From IMG/VR virus record IMGVR_UViG_3300030106_002287, positions 1 to 28,752 of that record: 28,752 nucleotides of DNA. One strand, written 5' to 3'. Below, in pieces: positions 16,767 through 25,724 of this stretch; the first letter of the stretch is position 1; each line of letters opens with the position of its first letter. Both the position numbers and the translations under genes were made by a program. The stretch is from a virus (lineage: Duplodnaviria; Caudoviricetes). Below the pieces are notes generated by a model, which searched no databases, was not told where the DNA came from, and saw only the letters and a list, made by a program, of their open reading frames with translations.

Positions 16767-17366
16767 ATGGCTTGTACAAATTTAACAAAAGGTAGAGAGT
16801 TACAATGTGATAGAGTAGCTGGAGGTATAAAAAATATTTATTTTGGAGTTTATGACGATTTTGACGCAAACGCTACAACTGGCGAAATTTTAGGTACTGG
16901 TATTGTAATTTCTAGTGGGTCTGTAACTGACATTAATATGGGTAGCGGTACTTTTTTAAGAAGATACGCTTTACCAAGAGGTGAAAGTTCATTAACAGAG
17001 ACTATAGTAGGGTCTACAGAAAACGGAACTATACACTACACACCGCAAGTAACTATAAAACTTAATCACTTAACAACGGCTGACCAAAACGAGTTAAGAT
17101 TATTAGCGTTAAGTAAATTAGTAGTTTTTGCTGAACTTAACCAGTTAAACGCAAGTGGTAAAAACGTAATAGTTTGTATGGGAGTTGAAAATGGTATGAG
17201 ATTAAATAGTGGTACTAATTTAAGTGGAGCTGGTTTTGGCGACCACAACGGATATAGCTGGACTTTTGACGGTATGGAGAAAGTGCCTATGTCTACAGTA
17301 GCTGACTATACAACAAGTCCGTTTGACAATAGCGATTTTGCTAACGTGCAAGTAGATATAAATTAA
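16767..17366 (+). CDS. major tail tube protein
   Basis: MAC..LTKGR...C....GGIKNIYF N-terminus, ENGT, GD.NGY..TFDGME; 199 aa. Confidence 0.65.
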   Translation: MACTNLTKGRELQCDRVAGGIKNIYFGVYDDFDANATTGEILGTGIVISSGSVTDINMGSGTFLRRYALPRGESSLTETIVGSTENGTIHYTPQVTIKLNHLTTADQNELRLLALSKLVVFAELNQLNASGKNVIVCMGVENGMRLNSGTNLSGAGFGDHNGYSWTFDGMEKVPMSTVADYTTSPFDNSDFANVQVDIN

Positions 17367-17403
17367 TAGTTATAAACTTTAACATTGATGTTTTTATATA
17401 ATT

Positions 17404-17431
17404 AGAGGTAGTTTTTGCTACCTCTTTTTTT
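17404..17431 (+). terminator. intrinsic terminator
   Basis: AGAGGTAG-TTTTTG-CTACCTCT followed by a T run. Confidence 0.85.
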
Positions 17432-17437
17432 ATAATA

Positions 17438-17460
17438 CAAATAAATACTTAATATTTCTA
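17438..17460 (+). promoter_or_regulatory. putative late promoter CAAAT-N13-TTCTA
   Basis: Immediately after the terminator; ATG 9 nt downstream. Confidence 0.7.
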
Positions 17461-17469
17461 TATAATAGT

Positions 17470-18585
17470 ATGATACAACTAACTTACTTTACAGTTGCAA
17501 AGCCACAAGGTATATATATTTGTACAGAAGATGAAAGATTAGATACTACAGTAGCTAAAGACCAGTTAGACTTTATGTTTAAACTAACTAACGATATGAC
17601 TGGAGAGATTATATATGTTTATAGTGCAAGTGTTAGTGTATTAGATAGATTTACTACTTTAAGTTTAGCACCTACAGACGTTACTAACCAAAATTTATTT
17701 AATGGTTTTTTTAATGGCTTACCAGTAGGTTACTATGGTTATGAGCTTTACGAATTGACTAAAGAAAGTTCGGCTAGTATATCTAAAACTTGTTCAACTG
17801 CGCCTAAAGATACTACTGGAACTATTGGTGTAGTAAATTTAAGTTTAAGTGGTACGACAGTATTTACACAAAATTTAAACGGTAAAAATGACGTTTACGA
17901 TAATCAAGTGTCTAATTTAGACGCTGGTTCTTATGATTTAGACATAGACAACCAATGCGGTGACATTATATTTTCAGGTGGATTAGTAATAAACTCTATA
18001 AACTCACAAAGCGACAATACAAGGTTTGTAGAAATAACAAGTGTTACGCAAACGTCTACTGGTATAAATTTTACAGTAGTATCTAAAATGCCTATTGGTC
18101 ACTCTTACGCTTTTAGTCAAGGTGGCGCAAGTGAAACGCAAATAACTGACATTACAACTAACCCACAAACTACTACGCATAGTTTTAGTCAAGTAGGCAA
18201 CCCAACTTTACCAGCAAATTTAGTTGAATTAAAACAATATAACCAAACTGGCGGTGCAGTAGGTGGTGGTGCTATAGTAGGTTCTACTGTAAACATAAGA
18301 CCCGTTACAAATCCTTCGACTTATTATGGTATGTCTATAATTTTAGCTAGTAATGATGTATTACTAGAACACGGATCAAGTACAGTTAGAGAAAAAGGTA
18401 GCGTTTTTCTAACTGCTATATATGGTGCAACATCTACAAGTACAACAAAAGGTTATTACACACTACAAGGACAAGTAACTGAGGGTAAAATGTATATAAG
18501 TCAGGGTGACGAGAATTTAAAAGAGGTGACTTATAAAGAATATGAAGAGGCAACAAGTACAAATTATATATATTACGGACAATAA
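17470..18585 (+). CDS. putative virion structural (head-closure-like) protein with central T/S/G-rich region
   Basis: GYYGYELYE near the N-terminus and VTEGKMYI near the C-terminus flank a beta-rich region. Confidence 0.5.
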   Translation: MIQLTYFTVAKPQGIYICTEDERLDTTVAKDQLDFMFKLTNDMTGEIIYVYSASVSVLDRFTTLSLAPTDVTNQNLFNGFFNGLPVGYYGYELYELTKESSASISKTCSTAPKDTTGTIGVVNLSLSGTTVFTQNLNGKNDVYDNQVSNLDAGSYDLDIDNQCGDIIFSGGLVINSINSQSDNTRFVEITSVTQTSTGINFTVVSKMPIGHSYAFSQGGASETQITDITTNPQTTTHSFSQVGNPTLPANLVELKQYNQTGGAVGGGAIVGSTVNIRPVTNPSTYYGMSIILASNDVLLEHGSSTVREKGSVFLTAIYGATSTSTTKGYYTLQGQVTEGKMYISQGDENLKEVTYKEYEEATSTNYIYYGQ

Positions 18586-18597
18586 AAAAAATAAAAA

Positions 18598-18870
18598 ATG
18601 GGTTTAGACAACAACAACGATTTATTAAGAGAACAACTAGGTAAAGGTACTGTAGAAATATTTACTACAGTTGCGCAAACAAGTAAAAACTACTATGCGG
18701 TTTACTTTCCAGTAACAAGTGTAGTAAGTTCTATTACTGTAGCAGACGCAACGGGTGAAAGTGCTTTAGTCACGACACTACCAGCTGGTACGACTTTGTT
18801 TATGAACGTGACCAGCATACAACTTACTAGCGGTATTGGTATTGGATATGACGAGGGTTTAAAAGAATAA
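18598..18870 (+). CDS. small structural/hypothetical protein (90 aa)
   Basis: LPAGTTLF..VTSIQLTSG..IGY motif; A-rich start region. Confidence 0.7.
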   Translation: MGLDNNNDLLREQLGKGTVEIFTTVAQTSKNYYAVYFPVTSVVSSITVADATGESALVTTLPAGTTLFMNVTSIQLTSGIGIGYDEGLKE

Positions 18871-18871
18871 T

Positions 18872-19579
18872 ATGCAATCATTAAAATTAGCACAAACTTT
18901 AAGCACTACAAAAACTGGCTATAATATATTTTCAGTTGATTTAGACGGTACAGATGATTACGTTGATTTAACAGAAAGCAAAGGTTTTATTACTGGTCAA
19001 TCTGGTAGTTGTAGTGTATGGTTTAAATTAGAAACTACTAGCACAAGTTCGACAATCTGGCAAGCAAGAGTAGATAGTAATAATTACGTAAATGTATTTT
19101 ATCATAATGGAACTACAGAACTAAGAATAGCATATAGGTTAGGCGGTTCAACTAAATTAGCCACACATACTGTAGATTATGAAGACGACGGAAAATTTCA
19201 CCATATACTAGCTACGTGGTCACCAACAAGAATAGAACTTTTTATAGACGGTGTGTCGCAAGCCGTTAATACGTTTACTGGTACGTTTACTGGTACGTTT
19301 GCTAACTCTATGATAGGGCAAAATACACTAAATGGTAATTATTTAAATGGTAAAGTAGCACAACTAGGATTGTTTACAAGAGTAATAACTGATGTAAGTG
19401 AAGTATATGTAGCTAATAGAGAACCATTAGAAATATCTAATGTTGCTGGTTGCGTTGCATATTATAAATTTGATGAGGGAAGTGGTACAGTAGCTTTAGA
19501 TAGTAGTAAAAATAGTAATAATGGTACTTTAGTTAATGGTGCAACTTATAGCACCGAAGTACCTTTTAAAGCTGGATAA
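18872..19579 (+). CDS. LamG/concanavalin-A-like lectin domain protein
   Basis: LDGTDDYV, SVWFK, FHHILATW, LFIDG and AYYKFDEGSGTVALDSS..N.GTL.NG motifs. Confidence 0.85.
   Translation: MQSLKLAQTLSTTKTGYNIFSVDLDGTDDYVDLTESKGFITGQSGSCSVWFKLETTSTSSTIWQARVDSNNYVNVFYHNGTTELRIAYRLGGSTKLATHTVDYEDDGKFHHILATWSPTRIELFIDGVSQAVNTFTGTFTGTFANSMIGQNTLNGNYLNGKVAQLGLFTRVITDVSEVYVANREPLEISNVAGCVAYYKFDEGSGTVALDSSKNSNNGTLVNGATYSTEVPFKAG
19270..19300 (+). repeat. 12-bp in-frame tandem repeat (TACGTTTACTGG x2.6)
   Basis: Encodes TFTG-TFTG-TF inside the LamG domain. Confidence 0.7.
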
Positions 19580-19801
19580 ATGAAATATACAATACTTAAT
19601 AAAGAAGAATTAGAAAACGTTAATTTTACAGAGGTTTTAGAAACCTCAGCAAATACGTTAAGATACAACAACGCAAATACAGAATTTATACTAAAATTTG
19701 AGGGAGATACACCTATTTTTTTAGTAGATAAACAATTATATGACTACGAGGGTATAATGCAAATACTAAACAGTCCTGAGTGGACGCAACCAACAGACTA
19801 A
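19580..19801 (+). CDS. small hypothetical protein following the LamG gene
   Basis: VNFTEVLETSANTLRY...KFEGDTP...EWT; abuts upstream stop. Confidence 0.75.
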   Translation: MKYTILNKEELENVNFTEVLETSANTLRYNNANTEFILKFEGDTPIFLVDKQLYDYEGIMQILNSPEWTQPTD

Positions 19802-19803
19802 AT

Positions 19804-21855
19804 ATGGACGATATAATTAACATTAATTTAAGCTACAATACTGCGCCTATAGTTAAAGAGGTAAACGGTAAAAACTATATAGAATATGGTACTGATGACT
19901 GGAAAAACTTGTACCCACAATTTTTAATAGATTTATACTATAATAGTAGTACCAACGCTAGTATAATAAATGCTACAAGCGAACTTATAGCGGGTGAGGA
20001 TATTGTAATAGATGACGAGGAAGAAAGAGATATAGACGCAGTCGTAAAGCTAAAACAATTTATGGCTAACCCTAATTCTAACGAAACTTTACACGAGTTA
20101 ATTAAAAAGGTATCTTTTGATTTTAAATTACAAGGTGCTTTTGCTTTAAACATTGTATGGTCAAAAGACCGTACTAGAATAGCTGAAATACACCACGTAG
20201 GTGTTGAGAAAATTAGAATAGAAAAACCTGACGTTATGGGTAAAGTAAATGGCTACTATATTTGTTCTGACTGGTCAAATACAAGACAAAACAAACCACA
20301 TAGAGTACCAGCCTTTAACGTTAATGATAGAACAAGCGCTAATCAAATATTATATAGTGGTTTATATTCGCCTAATATGAACTGCTACTATACACCTGAC
20401 TATATAGCGGGTAACAACTGGTCTTTAATAGATCAAAAAGTAAGCGAGTTTCACTTAAATAATATAACAAATGGGTTTAGTGGCTCTTATTTTATATCTT
20501 TTGCTAATGGCGTACCAACACAAGAGGAACGTTTTCAAATAGAAAGAGCTCTAACAGAAAAATTTACTGGTAGTGGGTCGGCTGGGCGTTTTGTATTAAC
20601 GTTTAGCGAAGATAGAAATAGAGTGCCAGAAATAACACCTATACAAGTATCTAATGCCGATAAACAGTATTTAGCTTTACAAGAGTTATTAGTACAAAAT
20701 ATTTTGACTGCGCACAGAGTTACTAGCCCTATGCTTATGGGTATAAAAAACAATACTGGTTTAGGGTCAAATGTAGACGAGTTAAATAGTAGCGCAAATT
20801 ATTTTTTAAATACTGTTTGTAAACCTTATCAAGACCATATAATAAAGGTGCTTAAAAAATTGTTTAGAGTAAACAATATGGATATGCCTATAAGTTTTGT
20901 ACAAATAAAGCCTATAACTACACAATTTACAAGCGAAGATTTAAAGGCGGTTATGCAACAAGACGAAATACGTGAAGAGCTTGGCTTACCACCACTAAAC
21001 AAAGAGGTAGAGGTTAAAGAAGAGTTAGCTAAAGTTGGAAGTATGATAACTGACGGTGTAGAGTTGCCCGTATATGACACTATAGAAGAGGCTGAGGCTG
21101 AGGCAAAGCGTTTAGGGTGTGAATCTTACCACGAACATAAACAAGACGGTAAAACCGTTTATATGCCGTGTAAAGACCACGAACAAATAACTAATTTAAG
21201 TAAGTGCAGTTGTAAAGATGAAATACAAAGATTTTCTAACAAAACCGAACTAGAACAATTTATAGAAGATTATGGCGAGGACTTACCAGAGGACGCTATA
21301 GTATTAGATCAAGAGAAAGTAGTAGACGAACACGAAGATTTTGACTTTGAAGATGAGTTAAATAAAATAGCTAATAAAAAAATAGAATTAGCTAGTACGG
21401 GTACTGCAAGACCTAACGCTAGAAGTGTACAAGACGGTGTAAACGCCTCATATAATGACTACTACAAAGTAAGGTATGAATATACAAGAGATAACACCTT
21501 AGGTAGTAGTGGCGAAAGTAGAGAGTTTTGTAAACTTATGATGAGAGCAAAAAAATTATATCGTAAAGAAGATTTACTAAGACTAACAAATATGCCTGTA
21601 AATAGAGGGTGGGGTAAAAACGGAGCTGACACTTACTCAATTTGGCTTTTTAAAGGAGGTGGTAATTGTTATCACTACTTCCGCAGAGTTGTATTTAAGT
21701 CGTCTTTAAGAAACGCTAAAAATGATATAAACGACAGTCAAATAATAACAGACGTAAAGGCGCTAAGTGAGGGCTTTACTCTACGTAGAAATAGCGGGCT
21801 TGTTGCTAAAGCACCTAAAAGAATGAAAAATAACGGATTTTTAAAACCTAGATAA
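19804..21855 (+). CDS. portal protein with long C-terminal extension (683 aa)
   Basis: YPQFLIDLYYNSS, FHLNNITNGFSGS, ILTAHRVTSPMLMGI, EIREELGLPPL; ATG 19804 preferred over GTG 19780. Confidence 0.85.
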   Translation: MDDIININLSYNTAPIVKEVNGKNYIEYGTDDWKNLYPQFLIDLYYNSSTNASIINATSELIAGEDIVIDDEEERDIDAVVKLKQFMANPNSNETLHELIKKVSFDFKLQGAFALNIVWSKDRTRIAEIHHVGVEKIRIEKPDVMGKVNGYYICSDWSNTRQNKPHRVPAFNVNDRTSANQILYSGLYSPNMNCYYTPDYIAGNNWSLIDQKVSEFHLNNITNGFSGSYFISFANGVPTQEERFQIERALTEKFTGSGSAGRFVLTFSEDRNRVPEITPIQVSNADKQYLALQELLVQNILTAHRVTSPMLMGIKNNTGLGSNVDELNSSANYFLNTVCKPYQDHIIKVLKKLFRVNNMDMPISFVQIKPITTQFTSEDLKAVMQQDEIREELGLPPLNKEVEVKEELAKVGSMITDGVELPVYDTIEEAEAEAKRLGCESYHEHKQDGKTVYMPCKDHEQITNLSKCSCKDEIQRFSNKTELEQFIEDYGEDLPEDAIVLDQEKVVDEHEDFDFEDELNKIANKKIELASTGTARPNARSVQDGVNASYNDYYKVRYEYTRDNTLGSSGESREFCKLMMRAKKLYRKEDLLRLTNMPVNRGWGKNGADTYSIWLFKGGGNCYHYFRRVVFKSSLRNAKNDINDSQIITDVKALSEGFTLRRNSGLVAKAPKRMKNNGFLKPR

Positions 21856-22419
21856 ATGAGTTACGTATTATTTATATCAGAAAACAAATTAAAACAGTCT
21901 ACAGCTATTAATATGAATGTAGACGTAGAGTTTTTACTACCTTATGTTCGTCAAAGTCAAAAACTTTATATTGAGCCTTTACTTGGTACAAAATTATACC
22001 AAAAATTAGAAACAGAAATAACTGCTGGTACTTTAACTGGTGTATATAAAACTTTAGTAGAAGATTATATAGCTGATACTTTGGTTAACTACGCTTTTTA
22101 TCACTGCATACCGTTTTTACGTTTTAAGGTAGAGAACGGTAATATATATAGTAAAACAAGCGAAACTGGTAATAGTTTAACTACAGAAGAAAGCCAACAT
22201 TTAAGACAAGAAATTTTAAACACGGCTCAATACTATAACGAAAGGGCGGTAGAGTATCTTTGTAACAATAGTGGTAGTTACCCTGAATACTCTACAAATA
22301 GTGGAGCTGACATTTCACCGTCAAAAAGTTCGTTCTACTCTAATATGAATTTAGAAAGACCATTAGAGCAAGGTACAGAACTTACATTAGCAGACTTTTT
22401 AGTAGGTGGTAGAAGATGA
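21856..22419 (+). CDS. putative head-tail adaptor (DUF6712-like)
   Basis: VLFISE..LK, LGTKLYQKL and YLCNN...YPEY motifs; directly after portal. Confidence 0.6.
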   Translation: MSYVLFISENKLKQSTAINMNVDVEFLLPYVRQSQKLYIEPLLGTKLYQKLETEITAGTLTGVYKTLVEDYIADTLVNYAFYHCIPFLRFKVENGNIYSKTSETGNSLTTEESQHLRQEILNTAQYYNERAVEYLCNNSGSYPEYSTNSGADISPSKSSFYSNMNLERPLEQGTELTLADFLVGGRR

Positions 22420-22538
22420 AAAAGTATTATAAAGTAAAAGAGGCAAATAAAATAAAATTAAAGACTTACATAAAAAGTAAGGACAATAAAAAAAAGAATG
22501 AAAGAAATACAAGACACCGCCCAAGTAACGTTAGCTAA
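22416..22538 (+). CDS. small basic protein (40 aa), not in ORF track
   Basis: MKKYYKVKEANKIKLKTYIK...; ATGA overlap with upstream gene. Confidence 0.5.
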   Translation: MKKYYKVKEANKIKLKTYIKSKDNKKKNERNTRHRPSNVS

Positions 22539-22665
22539 TGGTACTGCAATCGGTATAAGTTTAGTTGAGGTAAACGAAATACTAACGCTTATATCTTTGA
22601 CTTTAGCAATAGCTTTTAGTATATATAAATTTGTAAAGTATGGCGAAAAAAAACAAGTTAAATAG
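22498..22665 (+). CDS. small membrane protein, holin-like (55 aa), not in ORF track
   Basis: MKEIQDTAQVTLANGTAIGISLVEVNEILTLISLTLAIAFSIYKFVKYGEKKQVK; hydrophobic helix with basic tail, upstream of endolysin. Confidence 0.65.
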   Translation: MKEIQDTAQVTLANGTAIGISLVEVNEILTLISLTLAIAFSIYKFVKYGEKKQVK

Positions 22666-22777
22666 TAACAACCCACGTTACAAAAAAGTAGAAAAAACTA
22701 ACGAAAAAAAAGTAGAAAAAAAGTTAGTTCAAGTGGTCAAAGGAGTAAAAATTTACACTATAAACAATTTAACATAA
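22640..22777 (+). CDS. small basic protein (45 aa), not in ORF track
   Basis: MAKKNKLNSNNPRYKK...VVKGVKIYTINNLT; overlaps end of previous ORF. Confidence 0.55.
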   Translation: MAKKNKLNSNNPRYKKVEKTNEKKVEKKLVQVVKGVKIYTINNLT

Positions 22778-22877
22778 TATATATACAGTATATACCGTTT
22801 CTCTAGTGTTTTTACGAACTATTTTTTTTAATACTAATATACTACAAACACTTAAAAGTGTCTTAAAACGCTTAAAA

Positions 22878-23252
22878 ATGCCTAAAACACTAAATCTTAA
22901 ATATTTTAAAATAGAAGAGTTTGCAAGTCCTGACGACCCAAAAAGTGGTAGTAAAATGGACGCAAAATTTTTAGAAAAATTAGACTATGCTAGACAAAAT
23001 GCGGGTGTACCTTTTAAAATAAATAGTGGTTATAGGACAATAGAATGGAACGCTAAAATAGGCGGTAGAGTTGGTTCATCACATACAAAAGGTTTAGCAG
23101 TAGACATACATTGTGTTGATAGTCGTAATAGAGCTTTAATAATAAACGCACTAATAAGCGTTGGTATTAGACGTATTGGAATAGCTAAAACTTTTATACA
23201 TTGTGATGTTGATAAAGATAAAGACAAAGATGTTATATGGCTTTATAATTAA
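22878..23252 (+). CDS. endolysin, peptidase M15A family
   Basis: SGYRT, SSHTKGLAVDI and FIHCD Zn-peptidase motifs; ATG 22878 preferred over GTG 22806. Confidence 0.88.
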   Translation: MPKTLNLKYFKIEEFASPDDPKSGSKMDAKFLEKLDYARQNAGVPFKINSGYRTIEWNAKIGGRVGSSHTKGLAVDIHCVDSRNRALIINALISVGIRRIGIAKTFIHCDVDKDKDKDVIWLYN

Positions 23253-23283
23253 ATAACTTTGAGTATTAACTAAATTAAATTAT

Positions 23284-23478
23284 ATGAACGAATTACTAAA
23301 AAACTTTCTTATTGGTAAAATTTTAAAATCTAAAAAAGCGTGGTACACTATAGCTGGTATTATTGTACAGTTATTGCACGAGAGTTTTGGACTTGATCCA
23401 CAAGAAACACAAGCTATTTTATATTCTATTATTGCCCTTGTTATAGGTCAAGGTTTAAGTGATAGTGCAAAGAAATAA
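23284..23478 (+). CDS. holin-like two-TM protein (64 aa)
   Basis: KSKKAWYTIAGIIVQLL...AILYSIIALVIGQGLSD; follows endolysin. Confidence 0.65.
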   Translation: MNELLKNFLIGKILKSKKAWYTIAGIIVQLLHESFGLDPQETQAILYSIIALVIGQGLSDSAKK

Positions 23479-24187
23479 TAGATATAGATTAAAGCCACAC
23501 GAAATAGTGGCGCTAAAAAGAATGCGAGAAACCGAAACTAGCAACGTGCTAGTTGTCGGTGACTTGCACGAACCTTTTTGTTTAAACGGATATTTAGACT
23601 TTTGTATAGAACAATACGAAATATGGAACTGCAACAAAGTAGTTTTTATAGGTGACATAGTCGATAACCACTATAGCTCTTTCCACGAAATAGATATTGA
23701 GGCTGATTATACTGGTAAACAAGAACTAGAACTATGTATAAAAAAAATAGCACGTTGGTATAAGGCGTTTCCTAAAGCTACTGTAATTTTAGGTAACCAC
23801 GATAGAATGATAATGCGAAAAGCACAAACAAGTTTAATACCTAGTAAATGGATAAAATCATATAAAGAAGTATTAGAAGTACCTAACTGGGAATTTGTAG
23901 ATAGGTTAGTTATAGATAACGTACAATATTTACACGGAGAGGGCGGTACTGCTAGAACTAAATGTAGAGCTGATATGATGAACACGATACAAGGTCATTT
24001 ACATACACAAGTTTATTGCGAAACATACGTAGGTCAAAACTTTAGAGTTTTTGGTATGCAAGTTGGTTGTGGTATAGACCACGATAGTTACGCTATGGCT
24101 TACGCTAAGAGAGGTAAAAAACCAGCTATAGCTTGTGGTGTTGTTTTAGGCGGTACAACACCTATAAATTTATTAATGCCTTTATAA
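23465..24187 (+). CDS. calcineurin-like metallophosphoesterase
   Basis: GDLH, GDIVD, GNHD, HG and GHLH motifs; start is GTG 23465 or 23459. Confidence 0.88.
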   Translation: MQRNNRYRLKPHEIVALKRMRETETSNVLVVGDLHEPFCLNGYLDFCIEQYEIWNCNKVVFIGDIVDNHYSSFHEIDIEADYTGKQELELCIKKIARWYKAFPKATVILGNHDRMIMRKAQTSLIPSKWIKSYKEVLEVPNWEFVDRLVIDNVQYLHGEGGTARTKCRADMMNTIQGHLHTQVYCETYVGQNFRVFGMQVGCGIDHDSYAMAYAKRGKKPAIACGVVLGGTTPINLLMPL

Positions 24188-24261
24188 TGAAACCTAAGCA
24201 CCAACTACCTATTATAATAGTTTGGGCTTTTGTACTAATTATATTAGCAACCTTTATATAA
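24187..24261 (+). CDS. 24-aa single-TM peptide MKPKHQLPIIIVWAFVLIILATFI
   Basis: TAATG overlap with upstream stop; basic N-terminus plus hydrophobic helix. Confidence 0.5.
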   Translation: MKPKHQLPIIIVWAFVLIILATFI

Positions 24262-24263
24262 CT

Positions 24264-24333
24264 TTCTTAACACTATAATTGTTAATAACTTTCTAACTTA
24301 TTATGTTAGTATATATATTTTTTTGTATATTTG
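24264..24333 (+). promoter_or_regulatory. early promoter with inverted pair of DnaA-box-like motifs
   Basis: TTCTTAACA (24264-24272) and TGTTAATAA (24280-24288); TATATTTG at 24326-24333; ATG 4 nt later. Confidence 0.7.
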
Positions 24334-24337
24334 CAGT

Positions 24338-24565
24338 ATGAAAACAATAACAATGATAAAAACAACAGACATAAAAGGAAACTTTGCTGGTTATTCAGAA
24401 AGTTTTTTTAACGGAGAAAACCAAATACATATATATAAAGATTTAACAGACAAAATGTGGCGAGTAGTTTACCACTACGGAATGAGAGAAATGCCTTTTG
24501 ACTACAAGCAAGAGGCAGTAGATTTTATAAACGAGTTAATTAAAAAAAGAGAAAATAAACAATAA
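24338..24565 (+). CDS. hypothetical early protein (75 aa)
   Basis: ATG 24338; the track's TTG 24323 falls inside the promoter. Confidence 0.75.
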   Translation: MKTITMIKTTDIKGNFAGYSESFFNGENQIHIYKDLTDKMWRVVYHYGMREMPFDYKQEAVDFINELIKKRENKQ

Positions 24566-24576
24566 AAAATAAGAAA

Positions 24577-24867
24577 ATGTATAAAGTAATAAACAAGAAA
24601 ACAAAAGCAGTTCATTTATTTAACAATGAACAATACAAAAAGTTCTTTGAACTAAAAAGAGCAACTAAGCAAAGAAAGGTAACATACGAGCATATAGGCG
24701 ACAAATACTATACATATAACGTATCTTGGTTTGCTAACAATGTAGAAGATTACGACATAATAAATACACAAGACGAAACACTAAACGATATTGTAAATAT
24801 TGCATTAGCAGTAGCAACTGTAACAGTTGTAGTAGCTATAACTAAAATAGTTATGTTATGGATATAA
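24577..24867 (+). CDS. hypothetical protein with C-terminal TM helix
   Basis: IVNIALAVATVTVVVAITKIVMLWI tail. Confidence 0.75.
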   Translation: MYKVINKKTKAVHLFNNEQYKKFFELKRATKQRKVTYEHIGDKYYTYNVSWFANNVEDYDIINTQDETLNDIVNIALAVATVTVVVAITKIVMLWI

Positions 24868-25208
24868 AAGTTGAAAAATTTACGTTTTATAATGACGGTA
24901 GTTTATATACAAATCACCAAAGACATATAGGTAAAAGGCAATATATAGACGAACCTGAGAAAGCTAGTTTAAGTATTTTAGTCGTAGGCACACAAAAACA
25001 AATAGACAAAGCTCTAAGAGATTATATAAAAAAACATAATTTAGCTTTAGATGAGGCTTACGACATAGAACCGCAAAAAGAATATCACGACAACGGCGTA
25101 CCTAACTTACAATACTACGGCGAAGAGCATAACGTTAGATTAGCAGAAAGAATACAAATACTAAAAAATAGATATATAAAAAACAATAAAAAAACTTTGA
25201 TATTATGA
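24858..25208 (+). CDS. hypothetical protein (116 aa)
   Basis: Overlaps both neighbours; typical codon use. Confidence 0.75.
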   Translation: MDIKVEKFTFYNDGSLYTNHQRHIGKRQYIDEPEKASLSILVVGTQKQIDKALRDYIKKHNLALDEAYDIEPQKEYHDNGVPNLQYYGEEHNVRLAERIQILKNRYIKNNKKTLIL

Positions 25209-25720
25209 AAACAATAAACATTCACGGTAAACAATATGTACCAGTATCTGAAAGGCTAAAATACTTTAGAGAAAACTACAAGGACTATAGCTTAATTACA
25301 GATATTATAGAACTTACAGAAAATAGAGTAGTTATGAAGTCAATAGTAAAAGACAAAAACGGTAGAGAAATATCTAACGGTCACGCTTATGAAATTTTAG
25401 GCAGTACAAATGTAAATAAGACCTCATTTTTAGAAAATTGCGAAACCTCAGCTAACGGTAGAGCTTTAGCAAATCTTGGTATAATGATCGAGGACAATAT
25501 AAGTAGCGCAGACGAAGTAATAAACGCTATTAAGCAACAAAATAAAAAGGTAGAAAAACAAAAGTTAAGTATTGATAAGTTTAAAGCTATGAAACAAGTT
25601 ATAAAAAAAGGCGACATAAAAGTAGTAGAAAATAGAATGGCTAACTATAAGCTAACAAAAAAACAAGAAACAGAGTTACTAAGATTAATTAACGAGGTAA
25701 AAATAGCCTCACAAATTTAA
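25205..25720 (+). CDS. Sak/Rad52-like single-strand annealing recombinase
   Basis: INIHGKQYV.V.ERL, GHAYE, ENCETSANGRALANLGI, SADEV; adjacent to SSB. Confidence 0.7.
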   Translation: MKTINIHGKQYVPVSERLKYFRENYKDYSLITDIIELTENRVVMKSIVKDKNGREISNGHAYEILGSTNVNKTSFLENCETSANGRALANLGIMIEDNISSADEVINAIKQQNKKVEKQKLSIDKFKAMKQVIKKGDIKVVENRMANYKLTKKQETELLRLINEVKIASQI

Positions 25721-25724
25721 AAAA

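Noticed and set aside
19270-19300. 12-bp tandem repeat as a phase-variation device
   Set aside because: In frame and only 2.6 copies; more likely a local duplication.
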